Shown here: positions 29,925 through 40,366 of the stretch, piece by piece | Layout: each line of letters begins with the position of its first letter | How positions within the stretch are numbered: position 1 is the stretch's first letter | NCBI GenBank assembly: GCA_963707985.1 | Contig: CAVPRW010000003.1 | Coordinates: 32,001 to 96,000 of the forward strand | DNA length: 64,000 nt | From: an uncultured Nitrospinota bacterium | Lineage (GTDB): Bacteria > Tectomicrobia > Entotheonellia > J063 > CAVPRW01 | Direction of reading: 5' to 3' | Made by a program: the position numbers and the translations under genes | The notes under the pieces: model-generated | The model's database searches: none | Told to the model about the DNA's origin: nothing | The model's input: only the letters and a program-made list of their open reading frames with translations

Positions 29925-32717
29925 ATGCGCACCTTGATAGCGATCAGCGTCCTCTGGGGCATAGCCGTACCATTCGTGCTGTGCACGCTGGTTTCGGCCG
30001 CCGAAGGGCCGAAAAAGACCGCCACTGTCGAGGGCATCACCGAATATCAGCTCGACAATGGCCTGCGGCTTCTGCTCTATCCCGACAGCTCACGCCCCAA
30101 GGTAACGGTGAACATGACCGTCCTGGTGGGCTCGCGTCACGAGGGGTACGGCGAGACCGGCATGGCTCATCTGCTGGAGCACTTGCTCTTCAAAGGCACG
30201 CCAATGCACCCCGACATTCCCAAAGTGCTGCGCGAGCATGGCGCCCAGTTCAACGGCAGCACCTCGGCGGACCGGACGAACTATTTCGAAACCGTCCCAG
30301 CCTCGGACAACAATCTGGAGTTCTTCATCCGCCTGGAAGCCGATCGCCTGGTCAATAGTCATGTGAAGAAGGAGGACCTCGAGTCGGAGATGACCGTCGT
30401 ACGGAACGAATTCGAGCGGGGAGAGAATTCGCCGACGGCTGTGCTGATGAAGCGGATCACCGCCGCCGCGTACAACTGGCACAACTATGGTAAGTCGACG
30501 ATCGGCAACCGGAGCGATATCGAGCGTGTGCCGATCGAGAACCTGCGGGAGTTCTATCGGAAGCATTATCAGCCCGACAACGTCGTGCTGGTCGTAGCTG
30601 GCCAATTCGACGAGGCCAAGACACTGGCGTTGGTGCAGACGTACTTCGGTGCGATTCCACGGCCACAGCGCGCGCTCAATACCACATACACCGAAGAACC
30701 GGAACAGGATGGTGAGAGGCTGGTGACGCTGCGGCGCGTCGGAGACGTGGGAGCGGTCGGAATCGCCTATCACATCCCCGCCGGTCCGCACGAGGACTGG
30801 GCCCCGCTCCAGGTGCTCACCACCATCCTCAGCTCGGAGCCCTCTGGGCGGCTCTACAAGGCACTGGTCGAGACGAAAAAAGCCACCCGCGTCTATGCCA
30901 GCGCCCGTGGCCAGCATGATCCGGGCCTGCTGATGACGCAAGCGGAGGTGCGCGACCCAAAAGAGCTGGATGAGGTGCGCGAGATCATTATTTCCACGGT
31001 CGAAGATATCGGCATGCAAGGCGTAACCGCCGAGGAAGTGAACCGCGCTCGACAGCAGATCCTCAAGGCCCGCGAGCTGGCCGCAGTCGACACCAACCAG
31101 ACCGCGGTTGCGCTCAGTGAATGGGCCGCCCAGGGGGATTGGCGTCTGTACTTCCTGCACCGCGATCGCCTCGAGCAAGTCACGCCCAGTCAGGTGCAAG
31201 CTGTTGCGGCGCGCTATCTAGAGAGCAACAACCGCACCGTGGGCCTGTTCATCCCAACCGACACGCCACAGCGCATCACGATCCCCACCACGCCGGACGT
31301 CAACTCCTTGGTCGAGGGCTATACGGGCCGCGAGGCCATTGCCGCGGGCGAAGTGTTTGACGCCACGTCAGCCAATATCGAAGTCCGTGCACAGCGCATG
31401 AACCTGCCTGAAGGCATCAAGGTCACCCTGCTGCCGAAGAAAACGCGTGGGCAGGAGGTCCAACTCGTGTTAACGCTACGCTATGGGAACGAGGAGAACC
31501 TCAAAGGCTATGAGTCCGCCGCCAGCCTCCTGCCGCCGCTCATGCTACGGGGCACAAAGCAACTCAGCTACCAGCAACTGCGCGACGAGCTCGATCGGCT
31601 CAGCGCATCGCTCGGTGCCGGCGGAGGCGGTGGCCGAGGCGGCCAGGGACGCGGCGGATCTTCCGAAGCCGGGATGGCGGGCGCCCTAAGCTTTTCAATC
31701 CACACCAAGAGAGACAGTCTGCCCGCAGTGCTCGAGATCCTACGCCAAGTGCTGCGCGAGCCGGCGCTTCCCACCGATCAATTTGAGCTGATCAAGCGTG
31801 AGTGGTTGGCATCGATGGAGCAGTCGCGAACCGAGCCCGACGCACTGGCCAATCGTCATCTCCGCCGTCAACTTGCGCCATACGCCAAGGACGACATCCG
31901 TTACGTGCCGACCATCGAGGAATCGATCGATCGTCTCGCAGCCGTTCACTACGACCAGGTCCGACAGCTCTACCACGAATACCTTGGCTCCCAGGCAGGA
32001 GAACTAACGATCGTTGGCGATTTCGACCCTGAGGCCTGTTTACCGATCCTCACACAAACACTGGCTGGGTGGACGCCGATCAAGCCATACGCGCGCATTG
32101 TGACCCAGGCGCCCACCGGGCTTGTCAGCTCTCAGCAGCAGCTCAACACACCCGACAAGGCCAATGCTACGTATGCGGCCGGCATGGTCCTTCCTCTGCG
32201 CGACGACGATCCGGACTATCCGGCGCTGGTCATGGCCAACTACATCTTCGGCGGCAGCGCGCTCGATTCGCGCCTGGGTGCGCGGGTCCGCCAGCAGGAG
32301 GGATTGTCCTACTCGGTCGGGTCGAACCTCAGTGTCTCATCATTCGACACGCGAGCGAGCCTGACCATCAATGCCATCTGCAATCCGCAGAACATTGACC
32401 GGGTGGAAAAGGCTATCCACGAGGAATTCGTCCGTCTGCTGCGTGATAGCGTGACGGTCGATGAACTAGAACGCGCCAAGCAGGGGTTTCTGGAAGCGCA
32501 AAAGATCCGCCGGACCATTGACGGCGCACTGGTAGGATTACTTTCCGACCTCAGCTATACCGGCCGCACGATGATCTACCAGGAGGAGCTGGAGGCAAAA
32601 ATCGATGACCTGACTCCTGAGCAGGTTGTCACCGCAATGCGAAACTACCTCGACCCAGAGAAGCTAGTCATCGTGACGGCTGGCGATTTTGGCATGAAGC
32701 CCGAGGCAGGCAAATGA
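29925..32717 (+). CDS. M16 family zinc peptidase with signal peptide
   Basis: HLLEH inverted zincin motif, LDNGL, two halves, RQQEGLSY. Confidence 0.95.
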   Translation: MRTLIAISVLWGIAVPFVLCTLVSAAEGPKKTATVEGITEYQLDNGLRLLLYPDSSRPKVTVNMTVLVGSRHEGYGETGMAHLLEHLLFKGTPMHPDIPKVLREHGAQFNGSTSADRTNYFETVPASDNNLEFFIRLEADRLVNSHVKKEDLESEMTVVRNEFERGENSPTAVLMKRITAAAYNWHNYGKSTIGNRSDIERVPIENLREFYRKHYQPDNVVLVVAGQFDEAKTLALVQTYFGAIPRPQRALNTTYTEEPEQDGERLVTLRRVGDVGAVGIAYHIPAGPHEDWAPLQVLTTILSSEPSGRLYKALVETKKATRVYASARGQHDPGLLMTQAEVRDPKELDEVREIIISTVEDIGMQGVTAEEVNRARQQILKARELAAVDTNQTAVALSEWAAQGDWRLYFLHRDRLEQVTPSQVQAVAARYLESNNRTVGLFIPTDTPQRITIPTTPDVNSLVEGYTGREAIAAGEVFDATSANIEVRAQRMNLPEGIKVTLLPKKTRGQEVQLVLTLRYGNEENLKGYESAASLLPPLMLRGTKQLSYQQLRDELDRLSASLGAGGGGGRGGQGRGGSSEAGMAGALSFSIHTKRDSLPAVLEILRQVLREPALPTDQFELIKREWLASMEQSRTEPDALANRHLRRQLAPYAKDDIRYVPTIEESIDRLAAVHYDQVRQLYHEYLGSQAGELTIVGDFDPEACLPILTQTLAGWTPIKPYARIVTQAPTGLVSSQQQLNTPDKANATYAAGMVLPLRDDDPDYPALVMANYIFGGSALDSRLGARVRQQEGLSYSVGSNLSVSSFDTRASLTINAICNPQNIDRVEKAIHEEFVRLLRDSVTVDELERAKQGFLEAQKIRRTIDGALVGLLSDLSYTGRTMIYQEELEAKIDDLTPEQVVTAMRNYLDPEKLVIVTAGDFGMKPEAGK

Positions 32718-32979
32718 GCACATGTGGCCGACGGGGCGTAGGCAACTCGTCGAGATTCCCCGCGCTGTGACAGATTCATGATATAAATCCATAACGCGGA
32801 GACGGCACAGGCGTACAAGCTAAGGGCAGTACTTTAGCCTTGCACAGAGACGGCTGAGGTCGCCGACATCGTGTTCGCCAAAGACAGATAGCGACCTGCA
32901 GCTGGAGCCCGTCATTGTCGCTGCGGGCGGCCGAGGGCGAGGGCCAGGTCTCCAGTCGTGAGGCGAGATAAGGGAGGGT

Positions 32980-33777
32980 ATGATGAGCAGCCCCGCATTC
33001 GACATCACTGGGCAGAAAGTGCTGATCACCGGAGGAGGCCGCGGCATTGGCAAGGGCATCGCCCTGGCCTTTGCCGAGGCCGGTGCCGATGTGGCGGTCA
33101 GTGCCCTGACCCCCACCGGGGTCAACCGCGTGGCCGAGGAGGTGCGGGCCCTGGGCCGGAATGCCTTGGCCCTTACCGGCGACGCCACCAAAGCGGCCGA
33201 TATGGACAGGGTGGCGCAGCAGGTGCTGGAGGGGTTTGGCCATCTGGACACGCTGGTGACCTGCGTGGGCGACTCCATCCGCAAGCCGGTCATCCAGCTG
33301 CCGGGGACCGCCACCGCAGGTATGACTGAGGACGAATGGCACTTCATTGTGGACATTAATCTGACTGAGGCCTTTCAGGGCTGCCGTGCCCTGGGCCCCC
33401 ACTTGCTGGCGCGTCGTCAGGGCGCGGTCGTGAACATCTCGGGCTGGGCCTCCTTCCGGGGCCGGGCCGGGTCAGCTGCGTACGACGCGGCCAAAGCCGG
33501 GGTCATGCGCTTCACCGAATCACTGGCCCAGGAGTGGGCGCCCTATGGCGTACGGGTCAACGCCGTGGCCCCGGGCTCCTTCCCCGATCCGGAGCAGATG
33601 TCAGCGGAGGCCTACCAGCAACGGGACGCCACCGCAGCCAAAACCGTCCCGCTCGGACGAGTGGGCCGCCTGAAGGAGGTGGGGTACCTCGCGGTATTCC
33701 TGGCCTCTCCTGCGGCGGCCTATGTCACCGGGCAAACCTGGGCTGTGGACGGCGGGGTGAGCATCCAGAGCCCGTAA
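32980..33777 (+). CDS. SDR family oxidoreductase
   Basis: TGGGRGIG, YDAAK, VRVNAVAPG, VDGG. Confidence 0.95.
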   Translation: MMSSPAFDITGQKVLITGGGRGIGKGIALAFAEAGADVAVSALTPTGVNRVAEEVRALGRNALALTGDATKAADMDRVAQQVLEGFGHLDTLVTCVGDSIRKPVIQLPGTATAGMTEDEWHFIVDINLTEAFQGCRALGPHLLARRQGAVVNISGWASFRGRAGSAAYDAAKAGVMRFTESLAQEWAPYGVRVNAVAPGSFPDPEQMSAEAYQQRDATAAKTVPLGRVGRLKEVGYLAVFLASPAAAYVTGQTWAVDGGVSIQSP

Positions 33778-33912
33778 CCGACCTGACACCCAGGCCTGCG
33801 ACGAGTCGCAAGGTCCTCTCGACGATCTGGTGCGCAACCGACTGGGCCAGCTAGTAGCCCAAATCCAGGAGGTAGTCTTGTTGTGTTCTCGCAACCCAGA
33901 TGTCAGAGCCGT

Positions 33913-35364
33913 TCACCGACGGTCGGCCAGCCCGTTGATGCCTGCCAGATCCCTGGCTAATGCCGCGAAAGGGCTCGTATCATAGGCACTCGCGAGCCGC
34001 TGTTTATTGGTAGCCAGGCTGCTGACGTTGTACATCTCGAACAGCAGCTGGCGAGAGCCGAAGGCGTCGCAGGTATACTCCCAGGCCAGCTTGAGCAAGC
34101 GAAAGTACTCGGGTCCTCCACGATCTTTGCCCACCACATAGCGCTGCAGGAGGGGACCGACCTCGGGGTGGTGCAGGTCGGCATGGCCCGGGGCCATGAG
34201 GAGACCTGAGCCAGACAGCTCGCGTATGCTCTGCAGCAGGTGCGGATAGCGTTCAATAGCGCAGATACGGGCTGCCAGCGCCCTCGTGGGGTCAGGCAGG
34301 GCCAGGCCTGACGCAGACTTAACTGGGTTGCTCTCGGCGGCTTGAATGAGGGCCCGCAGGGTCTCAAGGTAGACCATGGCATCGGCCATGGCCATCTGCA
34401 CCAGGGGCTGGCTGGCGGTGCCGAGGGCGTCGGTGATGGCAGCGCAAAGGCCTAGCAACACCTCAGCCTTGACGGCCATGCGCACCAACACGTACCAGGG
34501 GCCAAGGCCGACAGCGCCCTGAAACACCTGCGCTTCAAAGGTGGGATCAGCGGTCTGGGCGCTCCGCAGGTAGAAGACCCGCTCCCACGGGATGAACACA
34601 TCATCGAACACGACGACAGCGTCCATTTCATCCCAATAGGGGCTGAGGGGATGATCTTCCGGGTTGGGAGGTGTCAACGGTTGTCGACAGACGAGGTGGA
34701 TACCATCGGCGTTCACCGGCGTAGCGAAGTAGACGACTTCCTCGGGCTTGAGATCGGGCCGTGGCGCCGTCAGGCAGAGGAGCTCATTGGCGTATGGCGC
34801 CTGGGTCCCAACCCCCCTGGCTCCGCGCACGATGAGGCCGTCGGGACGCCGTTCCACCACCCGTAAGTGCTCCTGATCGGTCGTGGGGTGGTTGCGATGA
34901 CGCAAAGGATCAGTGAAAATGGTGCCAATACTGACGTCGTGCTCTCGGCAATACTCCACGTAGTGCGTGACGTGGTCGGCGAAAGCCGGGTCCACCTCAC
35001 CCAGGGGGTGTCGCACATCATAGAGTCCGATCACGACCGTGGCCAGGTGCTGTGGTAAGCGGGCCGCAACGCCTCCGGTCCGACGCACGAGGAATTCGTA
35101 CATCTGCCGCTGGCGCGCCAGGTCGTCCACCGAGTGCGGCAGCAGATAGGCCAGGCTCACCAGCTGGCCCGTGGTGGGCGATAGCATGGTCAGCAGATCC
35201 TGCTGCCCCGGGTCATACTGCAGGTCGTAAACTGCGGCCACACTCCGAGCGCAACCGGCCAGCGCAGGATGAGTGGTGACGTCCTCCACCTGCTGCCCCA
35301 GCAGCCACACGCGACGTCCGTCCCTGAGGCTCTCCAGATACTCTTCGCCCCGGCGTATGGGCAT
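33913..35364 (-). CDS. 4-hydroxyphenylacetate 3-hydroxylase (HpaB)-family oxygenase
   Basis: EYLESLRDGR.V...G..VEDVTTHP, DEMDAVVVFDDVFIPWERVF, AFGSRQLLFE. Confidence 0.9.
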   Translation of the reverse strand: MPIRRGEEYLESLRDGRRVWLLGQQVEDVTTHPALAGCARSVAAVYDLQYDPGQQDLLTMLSPTTGQLVSLAYLLPHSVDDLARQRQMYEFLVRRTGGVAARLPQHLATVVIGLYDVRHPLGEVDPAFADHVTHYVEYCREHDVSIGTIFTDPLRHRNHPTTDQEHLRVVERRPDGLIVRGARGVGTQAPYANELLCLTAPRPDLKPEEVVYFATPVNADGIHLVCRQPLTPPNPEDHPLSPYWDEMDAVVVFDDVFIPWERVFYLRSAQTADPTFEAQVFQGAVGLGPWYVLVRMAVKAEVLLGLCAAITDALGTASQPLVQMAMADAMVYLETLRALIQAAESNPVKSASGLALPDPTRALAARICAIERYPHLLQSIRELSGSGLLMAPGHADLHHPEVGPLLQRYVVGKDRGGPEYFRLLKLAWEYTCDAFGSRQLLFEMYNVSSLATNKQRLASAYDTSPFAALARDLAGINGLADRR

Positions 35365-35453
35365 ATCCTCACCTCTCGTCTCATTCCGGCGTTATTAGAA
35401 ACCCCATCGTCTTCGTGGAGCAGAAGAAGTCAACGCACATGCGCCTCTAGCAT

Positions 35454-36338
35454 TTATGGCAGGACTTCCGCAATGGCGGAGATGTCTTTCTTCGCCAATC
35501 CCTGCCGTACCGCGGCCTCATACACCGAGATAATCTCAGGCATGCCCAGCGTGGAAATGCCCATCTCTCCAGCGCTACTCTCGATGAGCTTGAGATCCTT
35601 GAGTGCGTGCTCGATCGGGTAACCCGGGCGATAATCCTGGTCTACCGGGTTATTCTGGACCACGTTGTGGAACGGCACACGGGTGCGGACGGCGATGCAG
35701 TCGCCGGTCGATTTGAGCCAGATCTCATGTGTCATGGCCTCGTTCAGCATGACACGTTGCGCCATGCGTGCTGCTTGCACCACACTCACCATCGACGCCA
35801 GATAGATCCAGTTATTGCTCAACTTTGCCACGGCGCCGCTGCCGACCGGTCCACAATGGTAGATATTCGTGCCCAGGACGTTGAGGATGGGGCGCGCCCG
35901 TTCAAAGGCTTCCAGCGCGCTGCCGACCATGATGGTCAGCGTGCCACGTTCGGCACCGATGGTGCCGCCGCTTACCGGTGCATCCAGATATGCCACTTCT
36001 TTGGCGGCGGCTTCGACCTCCAATTCGCGCCGAGTCGCCGGGTCGATGGTCTCCATGCCGATGATCATGCCGCCGCGCGCCATACTGCTGAGCAGGCCAT
36101 GCGTCACCTGCCGCGCCTCATCGGCGTTGCCCACCATGGTGATGCCGATGCTAGCACGACTCCCGACTTCAGCTGCGCTTGGGGCATAGGTGGCACCGGC
36201 TTGGATCAAGCGTTCGACTTCAGGACGCGTCCGCGTGCGGCTATAGATCACCAGTGAGTGCCCAGCGTTCAGCAAGTTCTGCCCCATAGGGCCACCCATG
36301 GCCCCGATGCCAATCAAGCCAATGCGTTCGGCCATCAT
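35454..36338 (-). CDS. NAD(P)-dependent 3-hydroxyisobutyrate dehydrogenase family protein
   Basis: IGLIGIGAMG, LDAPVSGG, AKLSNN, KDL. Confidence 0.93.
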   Translation of the reverse strand: MMAERIGLIGIGAMGGPMGQNLLNAGHSLVIYSRTRTRPEVERLIQAGATYAPSAAEVGSRASIGITMVGNADEARQVTHGLLSSMARGGMIIGMETIDPATRRELEVEAAAKEVAYLDAPVSGGTIGAERGTLTIMVGSALEAFERARPILNVLGTNIYHCGPVGSGAVAKLSNNWIYLASMVSVVQAARMAQRVMLNEAMTHEIWLKSTGDCIAVRTRVPFHNVVQNNPVDQDYRPGYPIEHALKDLKLIESSAGEMGISTLGMPEIISVYEAAVRQGLAKKDISAIAEVLP

Positions 36339-37289
36339 GTCCTCCTATTTTGATCGCAGCCGAGGGTCAGCGTTTTGCTTAGGGCAAGTGGCTCCCACTG
36401 CCGGCTGCGCTTCGTCTGCATGGGCCAGCAAGAGCATACGAGAAAATCTCGGACAACCCCGTCTAGGGGGAAGGGCTTGTTGCGATTGTGCGCGGCTCCA
36501 GCCTCCCGTGTCAAGGGTGGGATGTTTGCGCTCGCGGTCACCTTACTTCCACTCAGAAATGGTCGAGAAGATGAGCTCGAAGCGCGAAGTATTAGACAAA
36601 TCTATCCACAATGTTCAGATCTGAATATTCATGGCCAGATCTCGACAATACCTGAAACCTATTGACATATCACGCGAAATTGTGCGATTCTTCTCACCGA
36701 CGCACTTTCGCTATATGATTCTGCATAGCCACGCCCCGGGATCCTGCTGCTGTGACTCCGAGGCACACTCTATGATTTCAGATATTTTGCCTCAATCAGC
36801 GCATCTGGCATCGTCCTTGCTCAGCCGACTTTTGGGCCAGTTAGGCCACAAGATAAGCCTTCAAATTGGCCCGCTAACACTAATTTACAGTTTCGAGGAA
36901 GAATATCTGCAATACAGATGTAACATGCCTGGGGGTAACAAGACGGACGAATGAACATCGCGAGAGACCGGTCCTCTGCCAGCCCTCCACTCCTGCTGAG
37001 GTGTCTCCATGGTGCGGGTCTGGATGCTCGACGCCATCCGACAATTCGAGGGCGGTCCTACAAACTGATGCCCCTGATAATTTCTCTTGACATCTGTACA
37101 AATAATGGTATATAGCTATACGGAAACGGTAAAATAATACACCATAGAGTAGTGTGATGTCATCATGGCAAATCCACAGGAAGCGCACTTGAGAATTGAG
37201 CAGGCTTTCCTTTGTGAATCTAGTAGGGTGACTAATACCTAAGCTCCTTGCATCGAGAGGAGAATGCTTCATGGGCTCCCCCCCCCTTC

Positions 37290-37690
37290 GTTTTTGCCAT
37301 GCTTGTCACGACCATGATCCGTCCTTAACGAATCCTATGCCTTCCAATACCTGCTACCTGCTACTTGATACCTCTGCCATGACCCTCAGCGTTGAGATCT
37401 GTGGCGCTGAGGGGTGGGAAGACATCAAAACATACAGCCAGACTCCACCTGGCTGGTTCGGCCCCTAGCATCACCTGTTCAGGTGGATGTTAACGCAGGT
37501 GAATCCGGATGAATTCATCCGATGTGTTATCATCTGGACTGAGGTGACTCACGACGTCTCCACAGGTGAAAACCTGCCGCTCGACGGTATGATGTTGTGC
37601 TGGCCTGCTGATTATGATACCTCTAAAGCCACCCAGCCCATAGCTAGCGCGTAGGCTCATACGTACCGTCTCGTGCCAGGTTAACCAAAC
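37290..37690 (+). pseudogene. ISAs1-family transposase relic
   Basis: ICGAEGWEDI, then HHLFRWML..VNPDEFIRC..WTE..LDG, then SA*A..YRLV.G, with stops. Confidence 0.65.
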
Positions 37691-38212
37691 GCTGTTTTCT
37701 GTGCTGAGGGTACCTGCCGGAGTCGCCAAGAACATGGGGCGAAATTTCCCAGTGCAATGTCGTATGGCCTGACACCTTTTACAGCGTGAGAGCCACCGTC
37801 AGCGGGGAATCGAGGCGAGACAACAACCGGCCAGCTGAGACCGACACTACCCCATATAAACCTAGTTGGCTACGCGAAATGCGCCTGGCTTGTCGCGGTA
37901 TCCTATTAAGGATGTGTGCGCTCCCCGGATGGCGACGGATGTTTGGTCCCCCCCAGCGAGGGACGTACCTTGACTGCTCCATGCAAGTGCTGGACAACAG
38001 AAGGAAGAAATGCAGGGGGTAAGAAGCAGATATGCTATGAGTAGTGTTAGTTGAGGTAAGGACGGGGCAGGTAAAGATAAAAGATATAGGACTACGAGAG
38101 AAGCGCCCAGTGAGCGTGGCGGCCCTGACGCTTCTCTCGACGAGAGACGCATCCTCATAGACAATGTGAGGATGCTCCCTCTCTTTTTGTACCTTTTAGT
38201 GTGTATTTAACG

Positions 38213-38242
38213 AGTATACACAATGGGTACAGCTATTGTCAA
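38213..38242 (-). promoter_or_regulatory. Strong sigma70-type promoter facing left
   Basis: Minus strand TTGACA-N18-TATACT. Confidence 0.55.
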
Positions 38243-38274
38243 GGGCCGCCTTTCTAGGCGGCCCTTTTTTATTT
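38241..38274 (+). terminator. Rho-independent terminator
   Basis: AAGGGCCGCC-TTTCTA-GGCGGCCCTT followed by TTTTATTT. Confidence 0.7.
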
Positions 38275-38508
38275 TGCGGGGAAGAAAGGCATGGATCGCC
38301 TGCCCAGCAACTTGGCGAGGGCACGTCTCTGCCTCGCGAAAGAGGTAATGGCGCTTGGCTGTCGTGCCAAATAGCCAAGGGTCAGTGCGGTGATAGCCGC
38401 TCACACCAAGTGTACCGCAGGAAGGTTGGTCTAACCTGAGGAGTGGTTGCAGAATGCGGTTCGCGTGGGAGATAAGCGGCCAGATAATCTCTACTGGTGG
38501 AGTCAGCA

Positions 38509-39621
38509 ATGATTAAGGGGTTTTACGAAGTCTGTGAACCACTACTCACCCGTCGGCGTTTTTTGCAATTCGCGCTAGCGGCTAGCATGGCGCCGGCATC
38601 TTCTTCTGAGGTTTTGGCTGCCCATGACCCCGACCAGAGGGTGCGGCGATTCATCGAGCGGTATGCGGTTACCCCCCAGGATCCGTGGGCGCTCGTGCAT
38701 GCCATCCGTGGCGTCGGGAGGGGCTGTCGCCTCAATGGAGAGAGTGCGACTGGTTACGTGCTGCGCACCTGCGTGCGGGCCCAGGAAGTCAATAGGCAAC
38801 GGTATCTCTACATTCCAGCCACGATTGAAGTGCACTCGAACATGTTTCTCAAAACATTCCTGGAAGCGGGCGTGCCCCCATCCGAGATGTTCTCGTGTGA
38901 CGGTCGCGTCATGCAACTGAAGGACCTGGCCGATGGGGCCCAAGCGCTCTTCCGCTTTGATCCGCGCACCTTCGATCGCGATGATCTGGCCTGGAGTCTC
39001 ATCGCCTTTGCAGAGCTGGAGGCCCATGCGTGGGACAACGCCTATGGCGAGCGCATTCAGCTCCAGGAGGTCGTACGCTTCGGCTTGCGGGTGATTGACG
39101 AGGCGACCCGAGAGCTCAAACCCTACGTCGCGGCGCATCTGCCGCTGCCCAAGAAGATGCCCATTCACAGCTTTACCTGTGGTGGCACCCACCTGTGCTA
39201 TAGCCTCTTGGTGGCGGCCAAGCACGGATATCTCCAGGCCGGCGGCGGGGACATCCTGCAGGAGCAGTTGCAGATGCTGATCTATCGTCTGCAGGCGGAC
39301 CCCGACCTCATCGATCGCTATTACCGAGAGATATCCTCTGTTCCAGGCGTCGAGGTGTTTCGCGCCGGTGCCAAGCTGAAGGTCCTGGGGCATGCTTTGG
39401 AGTGCCTCGGGTACGCCCAAGCGCATGGCCTCTTGCAACCGAGTCCGCTGGAGAGAACACAGATCGAGCAGGCGGCGCAACAGGTGCGGGGCCTGCTGGC
39501 CTATATTCTCACCCTCGACCTCGCGGCGATCCGACCACGGCATGCCCAACTGGTGCAGCAGGTCATCGGCGATACGTGTCACGCTTTTCGAGGCCTAAGC
39601 TTCTGTGTAGATGGAGGGTAG
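38509..39621 (+). CDS. Tat-exported uncharacterised protein
   Basis: TRRRFLQF twin-arginine signal and VLA cleavage; PWALVH, CGGTH and GHALE motifs. Confidence 0.8.
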   Translation: MIKGFYEVCEPLLTRRRFLQFALAASMAPASSSEVLAAHDPDQRVRRFIERYAVTPQDPWALVHAIRGVGRGCRLNGESATGYVLRTCVRAQEVNRQRYLYIPATIEVHSNMFLKTFLEAGVPPSEMFSCDGRVMQLKDLADGAQALFRFDPRTFDRDDLAWSLIAFAELEAHAWDNAYGERIQLQEVVRFGLRVIDEATRELKPYVAAHLPLPKKMPIHSFTCGGTHLCYSLLVAAKHGYLQAGGGDILQEQLQMLIYRLQADPDLIDRYYREISSVPGVEVFRAGAKLKVLGHALECLGYAQAHGLLQPSPLERTQIEQAAQQVRGLLAYILTLDLAAIRPRHAQLVQQVIGDTCHAFRGLSFCVDGG

Positions 39622-39627
39622 CTACCG

Positions 39628-40116
39628 ATGGTTGAGTGGTCACAGCGGCAGCGGGAAAGTGACTGGAGGGGTATTGAGCTTAGCTGGCGAGGCTCCTGCG
39701 CAAGGCGTCGATCGCGTGTATTGCTGGGTGCCTTGCTGGGCTTGGCCTTGCTGGCTTTGCCTTTGGCAGCTCAGGAAGCGGCCAAGGCGGAGCTCGAATC
39801 GGGCTTGCAAGCGCGGGGGCAGACCTTCTGGAGGGCGCGGATCAAGGAGGACTATGCGGCCCAGTATGGCTTGCTGGAGCCAAAGGTGCGCCGTCAGATG
39901 AGCCTGACCGACTACATTAAAGGGCAGGGCCCCCTGCAGTATCTGGAGGCGCGGATTGAGGCGGTGACGATCGAGGAGGCGAAAGGCCTCCTCACGGTGC
40001 GCACCGTGATCCGAATCAAACACCCGCTGCTCGAGCGCCAGCAACAAGAGATGGTCGTTCATGAGGAGTGGGTGAAACGGCAGGGGGAGTGGTATCGCGT
40101 GTATCCCCAGAGCTAG
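39628..40116 (+). CDS. Small secreted NTF2-like hypothetical protein
   Basis: Hydrophobic signal LLGLALLALPLAA; FW.AR...DY...Y.LL.P ... EEWVK..GEWY. Confidence 0.7.
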   Translation: MVEWSQRQRESDWRGIELSWRGSCARRRSRVLLGALLGLALLALPLAAQEAAKAELESGLQARGQTFWRARIKEDYAAQYGLLEPKVRRQMSLTDYIKGQGPLQYLEARIEAVTIEEAKGLLTVRTVIRIKHPLLERQQQEMVVHEEWVKRQGEWYRVYPQS

Positions 40117-40366
40117 CGACGTCGTCACCAGGCGCGGACGCTCGTTGACGCGTCATTCGCGGCGCTCTACCGCAGGATGGAGCGTCCAGAGGGGAATGGG
40201 GAGGAGCTCTTTTCCTCAGATGCACCAAGACACCGAAAGGAGGTGATGGGCGCATGGCGAGATGAACGATGATAGCTGTGGCTTTTCAGGGAGTGGAATG
40301 GTCGTGTTGTCCGAGTAGTCGGTGAAGTGATCGCCGGAGAGTGAAGAGAGTCAAGGAGGTTTACTC

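Noticed and set aside
36602..36610. Single DnaA-box-like CTATCCACA
   Set aside because: Isolated one-mismatch box with no cluster or trios.
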